From the human T2T-CHM13v2.0 reference genome, Homo sapiens, in the NCBI RefSeq assembly GCF_009914755.1, contig NC_060929.1: a stretch of DNA of 64,000 nt; one strand, 5' to 3'. The notes under the pieces are model-generated. The model was given only the letters and a program-made list of their open reading frames with translations, made no database searches and had not been told where the DNA came from. This document shows positions 27,964 to 40,163 of the stretch, in pieces (positions within the stretch are counted from its first letter, which is position 1; each line of letters starts with the position of its first letter). The position numbers and the translations under genes are program-made.

Positions 27964-28785
27964 TGTGTCCTGAATCGGTTCCTTCCAGTGGGTTCTTGGT
28001 CTTGCTGACTTCAAGAATGAAGTCATGGACCCTCACGGTGAGTGTTACAGTTCTTAAGGATGGTGTTTCCAGAGTTTGTTCCTCCAGATGTTCAGATGTG
28101 TCCAGAGTTTCTTCCTTCTGGTGGGTTCATGGTCTCACTTGACTTCAGGAGTGAAGCCCCAGACCTTTGCAGTGAGTGTTACAGCTCTTAAAGGTGGTGC
28201 ATCCAGAGTTGTTTTTCCCTCCTGGTTGGTTTGTGGTCTCACTGACTTCAGGAGTGAAGCCACAGACCTTCGCAGTGAGTGTTACAACTCTTAAAGGTGG
28301 CACATCCAGAGATGGGTGGGTTCATGGTCTTGCTGACTTCAGGAGTGAAGCTGCAGACCTTTGCAGTGAGTGCTACAGCTCATAAAGGTAGTACAGACCC
28401 AAAGAGTGAGCAGCAGCAAGATTTATCATGAAGAGTGAAAGAACAAAGCTTCCACAGCATGGAAGGAGACCCCAGTGGGTTGCCGCTGCTGGCTCAGGTG
28501 GCCAGCTTTTATTCCCTTATTTGGCCCTGCCCACATCCTGCTGATTGGTCCATTTTATAGAGTGCTGATTATTCTGTTTTTATAGAGTGCTGATTGGTGT
28601 GCTTACAAACCTTTAGCTAGACACAGAGTGCTGATTGGTGCATTTTTACAGAGTGCTGATTGGTGCATTTACAAACCTTTAGCTAGACACAGAGCGCTGA
28701 TTGGTGTGCTTATAATCCTTTAGCTAGACAGAAAAGTTATCCAAGTCCCCACCTGACCCTGAAGCCCAGCCAGCTTCACCTCTCA
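27964..28785 (-). mobile_element. LTR12 (short type), 5' LTR of the HERV9 provirus
   Basis: The - strand starts TGAGAGGTGAAGCTGGCTGGGCTTC and ends GGACACA. Contains multiple CCAATCAGCACTCT repeats and U5 repeats. Confidence 0.96.
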
Positions 28786-28810
28786 CCTTCAGAGAACTCT
28801 GACTAATACA
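28786..28810 (+). mobile_element. Last 25 bp of an MLT2-type LTR (probable HERV9 insertion target)
   Basis: CAGAGAACTCTGACTAATACA resembles the MLT2 terminus GAGAACCCTGACTAATACA. Confidence 0.55.
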
Positions 28811-29099
28811 TCCAGAGACAGGTGCCCTCAAAGAATGTTTGAACAACCTTCTAAAGGCAGAGCTGAAATACCAGTTGAAAGGCAACATCCTGAAAGAACA
28901 AGATGCCCTCCTTCAGGACAAGTGTATTTATTAAGTCCGGGGCCTCTAATTGATGCTGTGTCCATAATAGAATACATAGGTCCAGTAACTACATTTCAAA
29001 TCCACATTTTACTGCTTATTTTTTTCAGAATACTTTCAGTGCTACTACTTGCATCAGTCCACAGCCTGTGAAGCACAAGACAGGACTTTTATTAAATTT

Positions 29100-29510
29100 C
29101 ACCCACAGATTTTATCAAAGGAACCTGAAACCAGTTATGTGAGAGGAAATCAGAAGAGGGATGTGTGATGATGGGGAAACTGTTAAACACCAAGGCAGGT
29201 CTAACCCTAATTGAAGGAAAGGAAGGAAAGGAAGGTGACATCTCCAGGACTTTGGGTCTAAGGAACGTTTGGAAAATAACCACTGAGGAGTCCTCATGCC
29301 AAAGTCCACAGCCTAAGCAATTCCATACCTGCCAGGAATGGGCCTGCATTCACACTGCTCCTGGACTCAGTCAGGGGCTAGGAAGCACCCATAAAAAGGC
29401 ATAGCCTTGGTCCCAATGCAGTGATGGGTATTGGGACTCAGCAGCAGGGGAACTTATTCAATTATGGGTTTTGCAGTTGGAGGTCTGTGAGGTGCCATTC
29501 TCCCCACACA
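29100..29510 (-). mobile_element. Old ERVL-type LTR (LTR33-like)
   Basis: GAGGAGTCCTCATGCCAAAGTC and surrounding motifs; diverged. Confidence 0.4.
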
Positions 29511-29895
29511 ACTGTGTCTCCATGGCCTAAAAGCAACCTTTGCTCTTATACTCAGAGTTTTCTTACTTTCTCAGTAGCTTTGCTTCTTGCAGTCTCATAT
29601 TCAATTGAGCTCTCTCTATCTGCTATATCTTGCCCTCTCTTCTCATCTAAGAATATATCTTTATGATAGGACATTCCCATTAAAATAATAGCAATAATGA
29701 TAATAAATATAATTCTCCCTCTTGACACCAAATTGATTTCCATCTTGGACCTCATTCTTCTGGTTGCCTTTCTTGACATTGTTTGAGATAATTGCTACCC
29801 ACACTATCTTATCTTAACTTCTCAATCTGCCATTTACTTATCTGTCCAGCTAGTTTGATTCAGATTCTACTATATGTGCATATTTTCAATAACTT

Positions 29896-32226
29896 TGTAT
29901 TAGTTCTCACACTGCTATAAATATAATATCTGAGACTGGGTAATTTATAAAGAAAATATGTTTAACTGACTCACAGTTCCACATGGCTGGGGAGGCCTCA
30001 GGAAACTTACAATCATGCTGGTGGGTGAAAGGGAAACAAGCAACTTTTTCAAAGGGTCACAGGAGAGAAAGAGAACTTGGGGAAACTGACTCTTTAAACC
30101 ATCAGATCTCATGAGAACTCTCTTACTATCATGAGAACAGCATGGTGGAAACCACCCCCATGATTCAATCACCTCTCCAAAGTTTACTCCCTCATTACAT
30201 GAGAATTACAATTAGAGATGAGCTTTCGGTGAGGATACAGAGCCAAATCATATCATTTCACTTTCACCCCTGGTCCCTCTCAAATCTCATGTGCTTTTCA
30301 CATTTCAAAAAAAATCATGCCTTCCCAATCCCCCAAAGACTTAACTTATTCCAGCATTAACTCCAAAGTCCAAGTCCAAAGTCTCATCTGAGCCAAGGCA
30401 AGTCCCTTCAGCCAATGATCCTGTAAAATCAAAGTCAAGTTAATTACTTCCAAGTACAGGCATTGAGTAAATGTTGCCATTCCAAATGGGAGGAATTAGC
30501 CAAAGCAAAGGGGCCACAGGCCCCATGCAAGTCCAAAGGGCAGGATAGTCATTAAATCTTAAAGCTCCAAAATCTCCTTTGACTCCATATCTCATGTCCA
30601 GGGCATGCTGATGTAAATGGTGAGCTCCAGTGGCCCTGGGAAGCTCCACCCCTGTGGCTCTGGAAGGTACAGACCCTGTGGCTTCTTTCATGGCTGGCAT
30701 TGAGTGCCTACAGCTTTTTCAGGTGCTGGGTTACAAGCTGCTGGTGGATCTACCATTCTGGGTGCTGAAGGATGATGGCCCTCTTCTTGCATCTCCACTA
30801 CACAGTGCCCCAGTGGGGACTGGGTGGGGGCTACAACCCCACATTTGCTTTTTGCACTGTCCTAGCAGAGGTTCTCCATGGGGGCTCCACCCCAGGAACA
30901 GCTTCTGGCTGGACATCCATGCATTCTCATACATCCTCTGAAATCTAGGTGGAGGTTCTCAAACATCAACTCTTGTCTTCTGCACACCTGCAGGCTCAGC
31001 ACCACGTGGAAGTCACCAATGCTTGGAGCTTGCACCCTCTGAAGCAACAATCTGAGCTGTATCTTAGCCCCTTGTAGCCACCGCTGGAGCTGGAGTGGCT
31101 GGGATGCAGGGTGCCATGTCATGGGGTGGCACAGAGCCACAGAGTCCTGGGCCTGGTCCATGAAACCATTTTTCCTTCTTGGGCCTCCAGGCCTGTGATG
31201 GGAGGGGCTGCTGTGAAGATCTCTGGCATGCCTTAAAGACATTTTCCACATTGTCTTGGCTACTAACATTCAGCTTCTTATTATTTAGGCAAATTTTTGC
31301 AACTGGCTTGAGTTGTTCCCCAGTAAATGGATTTTTCTTTTCTACCACATAGTAAGGCTTCAAATTTTCAAAACCTTTGTGTTCTACTTCCCTTTTATAC
31401 ATAAATTCAAATTTTAAACTGTCTCTTTGTAGATGCATATGACTGAATGTTTTCAGAAAAAGCCTGGTCACATCTTGAACATTTTGCTGCTTAGAAATTT
31501 CTTCGGCCAGATACCCTAAATCATCTCTCTCAAGTTCAAAGTTCCACAGGTCTCTAGGGCAGGAGCAAAATGCTGCCAGCCTCTTTGTTAAAGCATAGCA
31601 AGAGTGACCTTTCTCCAGTTTTCAGTAAGTTTCTCATCTTCATCTGAGACCACCTCAGCCTGGACTTCCTTGTCCATATCACTATCAGCATTTTGGTCAA
31701 AACCATTCAACAACTCTCTAGGAAGTTTCAAACTGTCCCACCTCTTCTTATCTTCTTCTGAGCCCTCCAAACTGTTCCAATCTCTGCCTGTTAGCTAGTT
31801 CCAAAGTTGCTTCCACATTTTCAGGTTATCTTTATAGCAGTACCCAACTCTGAAGGTACCAATTCTATGTACTTGTCCATTTTCACACTGCTATAAAGAT
31901 ACTATCTGAGACTGAGTAATTTATGAAGAAAAGATGTTTAGTTGACTCACAGTTCCATATGTCTTGGGAGGCCTCAGGAAATGTACAATCATGGTGAAAG
32001 GTGAAGGAGAAGCAAGCACCTTCTTCACAGGACAGCAGGAGAGGGAGATAGCACAGGGGAAACTGCCACTTTTAAACCACCATACCTCATGAGAACTCCC
32101 TCACTATCAGAAGAACATCATGGGGGAACGGCCCCAATGATCCAATCACCTCCCATCAGGTCCCTCCCTCAACACATGGGATTTACAATTTAAGATGAGA
32201 GTTGAACACAGAACCAAACCATATCA
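29896..32226 (-). mobile_element. THE1 (THE1D-like) full provirus: LTR 29896-30255, internal 30256-31867, LTR 31868-32226
   Basis: Two homologous ~360-bp LTRs (TGTA...CATATCA) flank a ~1.6-kb THE1 internal region. GGCCTCAGGAAACTTACAATCATG is present. Confidence 0.93.
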
Positions 32227-32269
32227 ATTTTATTGTCAAATTGATTGGAAATTCCTCTTACCTCATCTT

Positions 32270-33400
32270 ATTAAATGATTCAACAGCAATTGATAAATTC
32301 AACCATTCTTTCTTTCTCTTGCAATAATCTTCTTGGGTTCCCTGAAATGAAGATCTTTAGTGGTTTTACATATATGTTTTGTTCACCTTACTTTGCCAGA
32401 CCTTTTTACAGATTTCCCTATTTCATTGGCATACATCAGATCTTTGTTTTCTTATCTTTTTCTACCATCTCCTTAGGTAAAATAAACAGTTTGTTGGTTT
32501 GTTGCTTTAGCCAACATATTGTGCTGATGCGTTCTTCTGTTACCTCTTTAGCCTTAACTTTTCCTCTGAGTACCAGTCTCGTATATCTAAATTTATACTT
32601 GACATCTTCATGTAGATGTCTTTCATGCATTGTAAGCATATACTAAGTAGAAATGGTCATTTCTCTCCCCAAATCTTTTTCTCCTTGAAAATACTACATA
32701 TCAGAAAATAGTGCTGGAATTCATCCAGATATTCATGCAAGAAAAATTGGAGCAATTTTTCAGTTACTTTTTCTACCTCAGCCATTATATTCAAGCATCA
32801 GTCTTTCTTATATTTTATTATTTTATTTATAATCTATCCACTTTTTTCTGATCTCCACTGTCTTCACCTTAGTTGATCTCTTCTATGGCTTATTGCAATA
32901 GCCTCCAAACTCATCTCTAGATGTCTCTCTTGATCCTTCCAATCCATTCTCCACAAAGTAGCTAGAATATTTCAACTAAAATATTTTTATACTGCACTTG
33001 GAATAAAGCATTGGCTCTTTACATTAGGCTAGTAAGGTCAATGCTTTCTCTTGTCCCATTTGTCATTTGTACTTCATCTCAATAGCACTCTCTCCATTTC
33101 TATTAGAGTCTAGGAAAATGGTCTTGGGTTACACTTACATGCCAAACTTTTTCTCCATTATTGCAGATTTTCCTCTGCCTTCCACAGTCTTCACTTCTAT
33201 TTTGTTTAGCATGATCATGCTCATTGGTTTTCTGGGTAAGACCCAACATTTTAAAGAGTGTCTCCTTTTTCCTCAGAATTGACTACATTTGGGCAAATTC
33301 TATGACAAATCTATAATTTCAAAGCAAACTCTTCTTATTCTTCAGTTCTTAAAATAAATGTCACTTTATCAAAAAACTCGCCTGATAATTCTTTGCAAAG
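32270..33400 (+). mobile_element. L2 fragment
   Basis: TATTGCAATAGCCTCCAAACT and AATCCATTCTCCACAAAGTAGCTAGA. Confidence 0.65.
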
Positions 33401-35437
33401 CATTCTCCATCTTAGAGTATTATCCCTTACCCAGTTTTCTTCAAGCAGATATTTAAATTACCGTATATTTCATTAAGCTGGTATCTCATTGGTGGCCCAG
33501 AGTTATTGCATATGGTGCTGGGAAAACAGCAACTTTGCTACATAATGATATATTGCTTTTGTATCACCCATAATTTTTTAGACTTTAGAAAAGGATAATT
33601 TGAATCTTATTCAACAATTATTATCTTATCCATGTAAAAATGTAACTATATGTAAAATAAATGGTGAAGTTTAACCTTAACTTTAACCTAAACCTTGAAT
33701 TCGAAGTTCAACTTTCCTAAGTTGTATTTTGATGCAGATATTGCTGTTCATGTTTTTCATGCAACAATGTCCTTCCCACTGTTAAGGGATTGGCAAATGC
33801 AGGAAAGAAAGAAATAATTTATTCAAATATTGCTTTGCCTATGTTTCCCAATTTTTAAGTCAGCTGTTGGCACATATTTTGCAAATTTTGAAGTCAGCAT
33901 GTTCTGAATCTTAGCAGGAGTCATCGAGATTCTGCACTCTTACTTCTTCTTCAAATAGTTCTGAAATATCCTGTGTGCTGAAATACCAATGGATGTAGCT
34001 TTCCAGATACTACACTAGGAGTAACAAGCAGACACTTTTTCATGAGTGTGTTCTTTAATTGTTGACACCTCTGTCTATACCAAGCAGGGCTGCCTTATCA
34101 CATCCACTTCTTATAAATTTCAGCTGGTTCAATCATTTCCCTTATCCTTTGCCCAGTAGGCAGCTCTTTCTTTCATTTGTAAGTTGAAGGGAAATTCCCT
34201 TTCCTTTATTGTATTTTATTTTTATTTTATTGAAAGGCACTGTTATATCTGTGAATTACTTTTCCTAATATTTGGGGCATTTTTCAAATAAAATAATACC
34301 TAATTCCACTGCTTTGATGATATATAAACAGCCTAAACCAATATATATATAGGTAGATAATAACTTTTACTAAAAGACTGCATTCTGGACCACAGCAACA
34401 GGAATATTCTATTAATCAGGCAATGAATACTAAGTTCAGAGATGTTAAAACGTACATTAAAATTATGTGTATTTTAGTATGAGTGAAATAAAGGATATCT
34501 TTTTTATTACATTTTTTTACTGGCTAACTATCCCTCTGGATTGAAAGTTGAATAAGGCTGTGTCTATTGCATTCACTTTGATCAAACAGACTAAGGTAAC
34601 ATCTGATTAATATTAGCTGTTGAACAAATTCCACATATATTTGTCGAATAAATGTATAAATAAAACCTCATAATGGAAAACTCTCCAAAGTATGAGTTTA
34701 TTTATAAAAGGTGAAATTAGCAAATGCACTAATTAAAATAAAATTATATCAATCTTAGGACTCCTGGTTTTTGTAAAGAAAATTTCAGTTTTTTAGTAAA
34801 AAGATTTTAATATGAAAATGAAATAGTCAAGTACAATATGTACTTTCATTATTTTATTAAACTTCACCATGCGTGTTTGTCTTAGTCCAGGTTGCTATGA
34901 CAAATTGCTATAGACCAGATAACTTAAACAACAAACATTTTTAATTTTTACAATTTTGGATGCTGGAAGTCTGAGATCAGGGTTCCAGCATGGTTGGGAT
35001 TTTGATGAGGAACTTCTTTCTAGTTTTGAAGGACCATCTTCTTCCTGTGTCCTCACAAGTTAAAAAGCGAGGAAGCTAACTGGCCTCTTCTAAGGTCACA
35101 AATCTTATTCCCGAGGGTTTTACTTTCGTGACCTAATTACCTTCCAAAATCCCTACTCCCAAATACCATCACATTGAGATTAAATTTTCTACATATGCAT
35201 TTTGGGAGAACACAAACATTCAGTTCATTGCATTCCACTTCTGGCTTCCCAGAATTCATGTGCTTTCTACATGCAAATGCATTCATTTCATCTCAATAGG
35301 CCCAAAATTAACTCACTCCAACATCAACTGTAAAGTTAAAAGTCCAAAGTCTTGTCTGAATTCAATATGATTAGGATTTGAGGTACAAATGTTCCTCAGA
35401 CAAAATTCTTATCTAGCTGTGAAACTGTAAACTCTCA

Positions 35438-36333
35438 TGTATTTTTTAGGGCTCTTCAGAGAGATAAAGCTAATAAGATAGATAGATGGACAGGTAAATT
35501 GATAGAAAAAGAAAAGAAAAGAGAGAGAGAAAAGAAAGAAAGAAGAGAAAGAAAGAAGGAAGGAAGGAAAGAAAGGAAGGAAGGAAGGAAGGAAGGAAAG
35601 AAAGAAACACCGAAAGAAACAGAAAGAAAGAAAGAAAGAGAAAGGAAGGAAGGAAGAAAGGAAGGCAGGCAGGGAGGGAGGGAGGGAGGGAGGGAGGAAG
35701 GGAAGGCAGGCAGGGAGGGAGGGAGGGAGGGAGGAAGGGAGGAAGGGAAGGAAAGAAAAGAAAAGAAAAGAAAAAGAAAGAGGGAGAGAGAGGAAGGAAG
35801 GAATGAAGGAAGGAAGAAAAAATATGAGAAGAAATTTATTAGAGGAATTGGCCCATGTGATTCTGAAAAGGTCTTATAACAGCTTGCCGTCTGCAAGTTG
35901 CAGACCCTAAAATGCCAGTAGCATGACTCAGTCAAGGCCAAAAGCCTCAGAACCAGGGCAGTGATGGTGTAACTCTCAGGCCAAGGCTGAAGGCCTGAGA
36001 ACCCCAGGAGGTTACTGGTATAAGTCCTGGGGTTGAAAAGCAAAAGAGCCTGCAATTCTAATGTTCAAAGATAGGAGAAGACTGGTGTCCCAGTTCCAAG
36101 ACAGAGAAAAATAAATTGCCTTTCATTTGACTTTTTGTTCTGTCTGGGCCCACAGCCAGTTGGATGATGCCTGCCCATATTAAGGACAGATCTTCCCCAC
36201 CCATTCCACTGACTCATTCACCTGTCTCCTCTGCAAACACTGCCACACACAGACACACCCAGATATCATGCTTTACTAGCTCTCTAGCTATTTCTTAATT
36301 CGGTCAAGTTGATACCTAAAACTAACCATCACA
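35438..36333 (-). mobile_element. MLT2 (MLT2B-like) solo LTR nested in MLT1A-int
   Basis: TGTATT...CAGAGAGA at one end and GTCAAGTTGATACCTAAAACTAACCATCACA at the other. Confidence 0.88.
35503..35822. repeat. ~320-bp polypurine compound microsatellite (GAAA/GGAA/GGGA/GAAAA)
   Basis: Seen directly. Confidence 0.97.
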
Positions 36334-36422
36334 TTAAACAAGTTATGCGCTTCTAAAAAAAAATGGTGTGACAGAAATAAGATAGACATTGCCATTCCAA
36401 AATGGAGAAATAAAGAAGAAGG

Positions 36423-36716
36423 AGCCAGGACATGGTGGCTCACGCCTGTAATCCCAGCACTTTGGGAGGCTGAGGCGGGTGGATCACGAGGTCAGGAGTT
36501 CAAGACCAGCCTGGCCAAGATGGTGAAACCTCATCTCTACTAAAAATACAAAAATTAACCTTGCGTAGTGGCAGGCGACTGTAATCCCAGCTATTCGGGA
36601 GGCTGAGGCAGATAATTGCTTGAACTTGGGAGGCGGAGGTTGCAGTGAGCCGAGATTGTGCCATTGCACTCCAGCCTGGGCAACAGAGCGAGATTCTGCC
36701 AAGAAAAAAAAAAAGA
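36423..36716 (+). mobile_element. AluSg-like
   Basis: GGATCACGAGGTCAGGAGTTCAAGACCAGCCTGGCCAAGATGG. No convincing TSD. Confidence 0.92.
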
Positions 36717-38482
36717 ACTTATTTTCCATATTTCTAGCAACATTCTGTACGTAAGTATTCATGTATGCTTTAAGATGAATAAAGCTTTCCTTAAAGCTCC
36801 CATCTTTTCCTTTTGAGTCTTTACCAGATCCACTTAATTCCCTTCAGTGACAATCTTAGGTTTTTCTAGCATGCACTTCAAAATTCTTCCAGCTTCTACC
36901 CATGACTCAGTTCCAAAGCTCTTCCACAATTTCAGATATTTTTTCCAGAACCACCCAACTTATTGGTACCAACTTCTGTCTTAGTGAGCATGGCTGTTAT
37001 AAACAAATTACCATAGACTGTGTTGCTTACAAAAACCAAAAACTTACTTCTTACCATTCTGAAGGTTAGAAGTCCAAGATATGGGTATGAGTGTGGTTAA
37101 GTTCTGGTGAGGACCCTCTTCCATGTTGCAGACAGTCTACTTATCCTGTACCTTCACATGGAGGAAAAAGAGCTAGCTAGCTCTTCAGCCATTTCTTATA
37201 AGAGCGTTAATGCAATTCACGAGGGTCACCCTGTGACCTCATTACCACCCAAAGACCAGGACTTCAAACACCATCAGATTGGGATCAGAATTTCAACTTA
37301 TGTATGAGATGGAGAGATCAATTTCAGTCTGTTGTGCTCTTTCCATCAAAATTTGGAAATTTAAATGCTGATGTTTAACATTATAAAATATTTTTAATTT
37401 ATCATACTGCCACAGGGATACCTCTAAATTCTGTTCTTGAAGCTAACTGTCTTTGCAACCCAAAAGAATATTACATAAAGGAATCAAGAACACTATGAAT
37501 ACATTGTTTTCCCAGAAAAGTTTTGTGAATGTTGTGTGATTGCAATATTTCTATTTTTATTTAAAACTTCAATAGTTTGTAGTCTTTTTTTTTTTTTTTG
37601 TAAATTGTCAGTTACAAGTTTACAAACTATGAGGACTGGTTGATCCTCATATAAAGATGTGTCTTGTCATGTGCCTAGTGATACATCTTCTCTCACCTCT
37701 AGTAAAAGAAACGGCAGGGTTTTACCCTGACAATGTCACAGAGCTGTTTCAAATTCCCTTACTTATTTCTCAGTGTTTATAGCTTGTGCAGCTGTCAGCA
37801 GCAATGGCTTTTTCTTTGTTAGGCAGGGAAATGTCTGAACTTATAATTAGACCTCAGTTATGAAAATGTAACTAGTTAATCATAGCTTTAATTAGGGCTT
37901 TTGGACTCCAGAGGGATTTGAATATATCCAAGAATGGTGGAACACAGCAGCCAAAGCTTGCCTAAATTATTTTAGAGTTTATTTTCTAATTCACATACAG
38001 ATGTTCATCTTCACTATATGGCCCATAATTATCATCTGAACTATTATTTAGTTATATTATCTAAAATGTTTATATCAACCGTAATACCATTATTTAAATT
38101 TGAAACTTCTTCTCTGATGAAATTATTTTAATTATACCAGTGAGATATGTGTAAGCAAGACAATAGTAACAATTTTTTAGCCACATCATAACACTGTGAT
38201 ATTAACATACGTGATCAACTTAATACAAACAAAACTACAAAAACAAATTTTAAATTAGAATAATAAAGTTAATATGATGGCTTATGTTACCCAATTAAAG
38301 ATAAATCACTGATACGGATCAGATTCTTTTGTGTTAAGTCTAATGTGTGATTTTTCAATTTTCTCTCTTCTTTTCTCTATTGCAACTTTTGTGATATTTT
38401 TCTTAGTTCAACATAATCTTGTACCACTTGTACTTCACTAATGGCAAATACTTCATGAATTCAGTCTTTTTCCTACTAGCCT

Positions 38483-38790
38483 CGACAGGCCTCAATGTAT
38501 GTTTCTCCCCTCCCTGTGTCCATGTGTTCTCATTGTTCAGCTCCCACTCATAAGTGAGAATATGTGGTATTTGGTTTTCTGTTTCTGTGTTTGTTTGCTG
38601 AGGATAATGGCTTCCAGTTCCATCCATGTCCCTGCTGCAAAGGACATGATCTCATTCTTTTTTATGGCTGCATAGGATTCCATGGTATATATATACCACA
38701 TTTCCTTTATTCAGTCTATCATTCAATGTCTTTGCTGCTGTGAATAGTGCTACAATGAACATGCAAGTGCATGTAGGTTTATAATAGAAT
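38483..38790 (-). mobile_element. L1PA (older) 3' fragment
   Basis: GTGTCCATGTGTTCTCATTGTTCAGCTCCCACT...GTGAATAGTGCTACAATGAACAT. Confidence 0.9.
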
Positions 38791-39302
38791 AAACTGCCTA
38801 ATTCAGCTAATTCAGCAGTATTTTCTATCCTTCATTTCTTGATTAGATTTCACAGATTATGAGCTCAACAACAATACTTAAAATACTGCCAACTCCCTTA
38901 TACCTTTAACTTTTTTTTTTTTTATTGGACTGGCAATATCCTCACTCTGGCTAAACTCAACTTTCTCTTTTCTCCATGTGAGAGTTGTTGGAGAAAGTTT
39001 CATCAGAACAAGCAAAGTTCATCATAAAATTCAAATGACCCCCAACACCTGAGGAATTCTGTTAATTTTCCCAAATCAACTCATACTTTGAAATTACCTT
39101 TTAAAAATGCTCTGTTGTCATGTAATCATTCCTCCTAAATTCACAAGCTCAACACATTATTATCTCTCCTAAGTTATAGATATTGTAGAAACAACCAGAA
39201 AAAGCCAACCCCCTCCATCTTCATTCCACAAATATAGAAACACAAAAGCCTATCTGCAGCTGTAGCTACAACAGCCTCTGTTTCTTTGTTGTTGATTCTT
39301 TA

Positions 39303-39528
39303 AAGGAAGAGTTGGCAAACTGTATTATATGGGCCAAATATGGCTGTCTGCTTGTTTTGGCAAATAGAATTATACTGGAACACAATAATGTCCATTCTCT
39401 TACCTGTTGTTAATGTCTGCTTTCCCACTTAAATGGCAAAGTTGAGTAGTTTTAACAGAGACTGTGTGTTCCTAGAAGCCAAAAATATTTACACTAGTCC
39501 TTTACAGAAAATGTTTACCAAATCTACA
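39303..39528. mobile_element. MER58-type hAT-Charlie MITE
   Basis: GTTGGCAAACT...GGCCAAAT...GTTGAGTAGTT...CTTTACAGAAAATGTTTACCAA. Confidence 0.75.
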
Positions 39529-39970
39529 CTACAGCAACTAAAAATTTAATGCTAAATTTCAAAATACTTGCTTCGGACTTTATTATTTTCAATCTTCTCA
39601 AGAAATTTTTGAATTTATAATACATTTATTTTATTTTATTTTATATTCAAACTTGTTCCTCAGGCTAGATTCTTTTTTGTTGCCTTTTAACTATTCTTAA
39701 ATATCTTTAATATTAAAACATCAACAACCATCACCAATCAACTAAGCAACCAACCAGCCTTTGACCATATATCTTCCTGTTGCTATCATAATGATCTCGT
39801 CTCCTTTCAAGCCAAAATTGTTTAAATTTCCTTTATTCCTGACATCTATTTTACCACTTCTTATTAATCCTCTGCACAATATTAATCTGGCTCTAATTTC
39901 CATCTCCCCAAGAAAATAGTAGATGTTAAGCTCACCTGCATCCCCCATCACCTACACTCCATCATCTATA

Positions 39971-40163
39971 CAATTGTTCCCAAAGTTTGCTATGCAACAG
40001 AATTGTTTGGAGAGTTTAATAAAACACTGATTCTTCAAAAATACTTTCAGAATTTCTGGTTCAGCAGGTCTAGGCTTTGATCTAAGATCTGCATTTCTAA
40101 CAATTACATATTCTCACCATTTCAGATGCTGCTACTCTGGGGATCAAACATTGAGAAGCACTT
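39971..40163. mobile_element. MER5-type hAT-Charlie MITE
   Basis: ATCTGCATTTCTAACAA...GATGCTGCT...TTGAGAAGCACT. Confidence 0.75.

Larger units (their letters stand above)
23854..28785 (-). mobile_element. HERV9 (ERV9) provirus, 3'-deleted within pol
   Basis: 5' LTR12, PBS, leader, gag, pro and RT in order. No RNase H/integrase, env or 3' LTR. Confidence 0.95.
34878..37335 (-). mobile_element. MLT1A-type MaLR provirus (LTRs 34878-35232 and 36976-~37335) with shortened internal region, nested MLT2 and Alu
   Basis: Two TGTCTTAGT... LTRs. Internal pieces at 35233-35437, 36334-36422 and ~36717-36975, the last ending TTGGTACCAACTTC. Confidence 0.82.

Noticed and set aside
32163-32175. PRDM9 13-mer hotspot motif in the THE1 LTR
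   Set aside because: CCTCCCTCAACAC mismatches CCNCCNTNNCCNC at position 10, and the element is THE1D-like rather than THE1A/B.
35456-36055. 199-aa and 126-aa ORFs (F/L/S/P-rich or K/E/R/G-rich)
   Set aside because: Translations of the polypurine microsatellite and the flanking MLT2.
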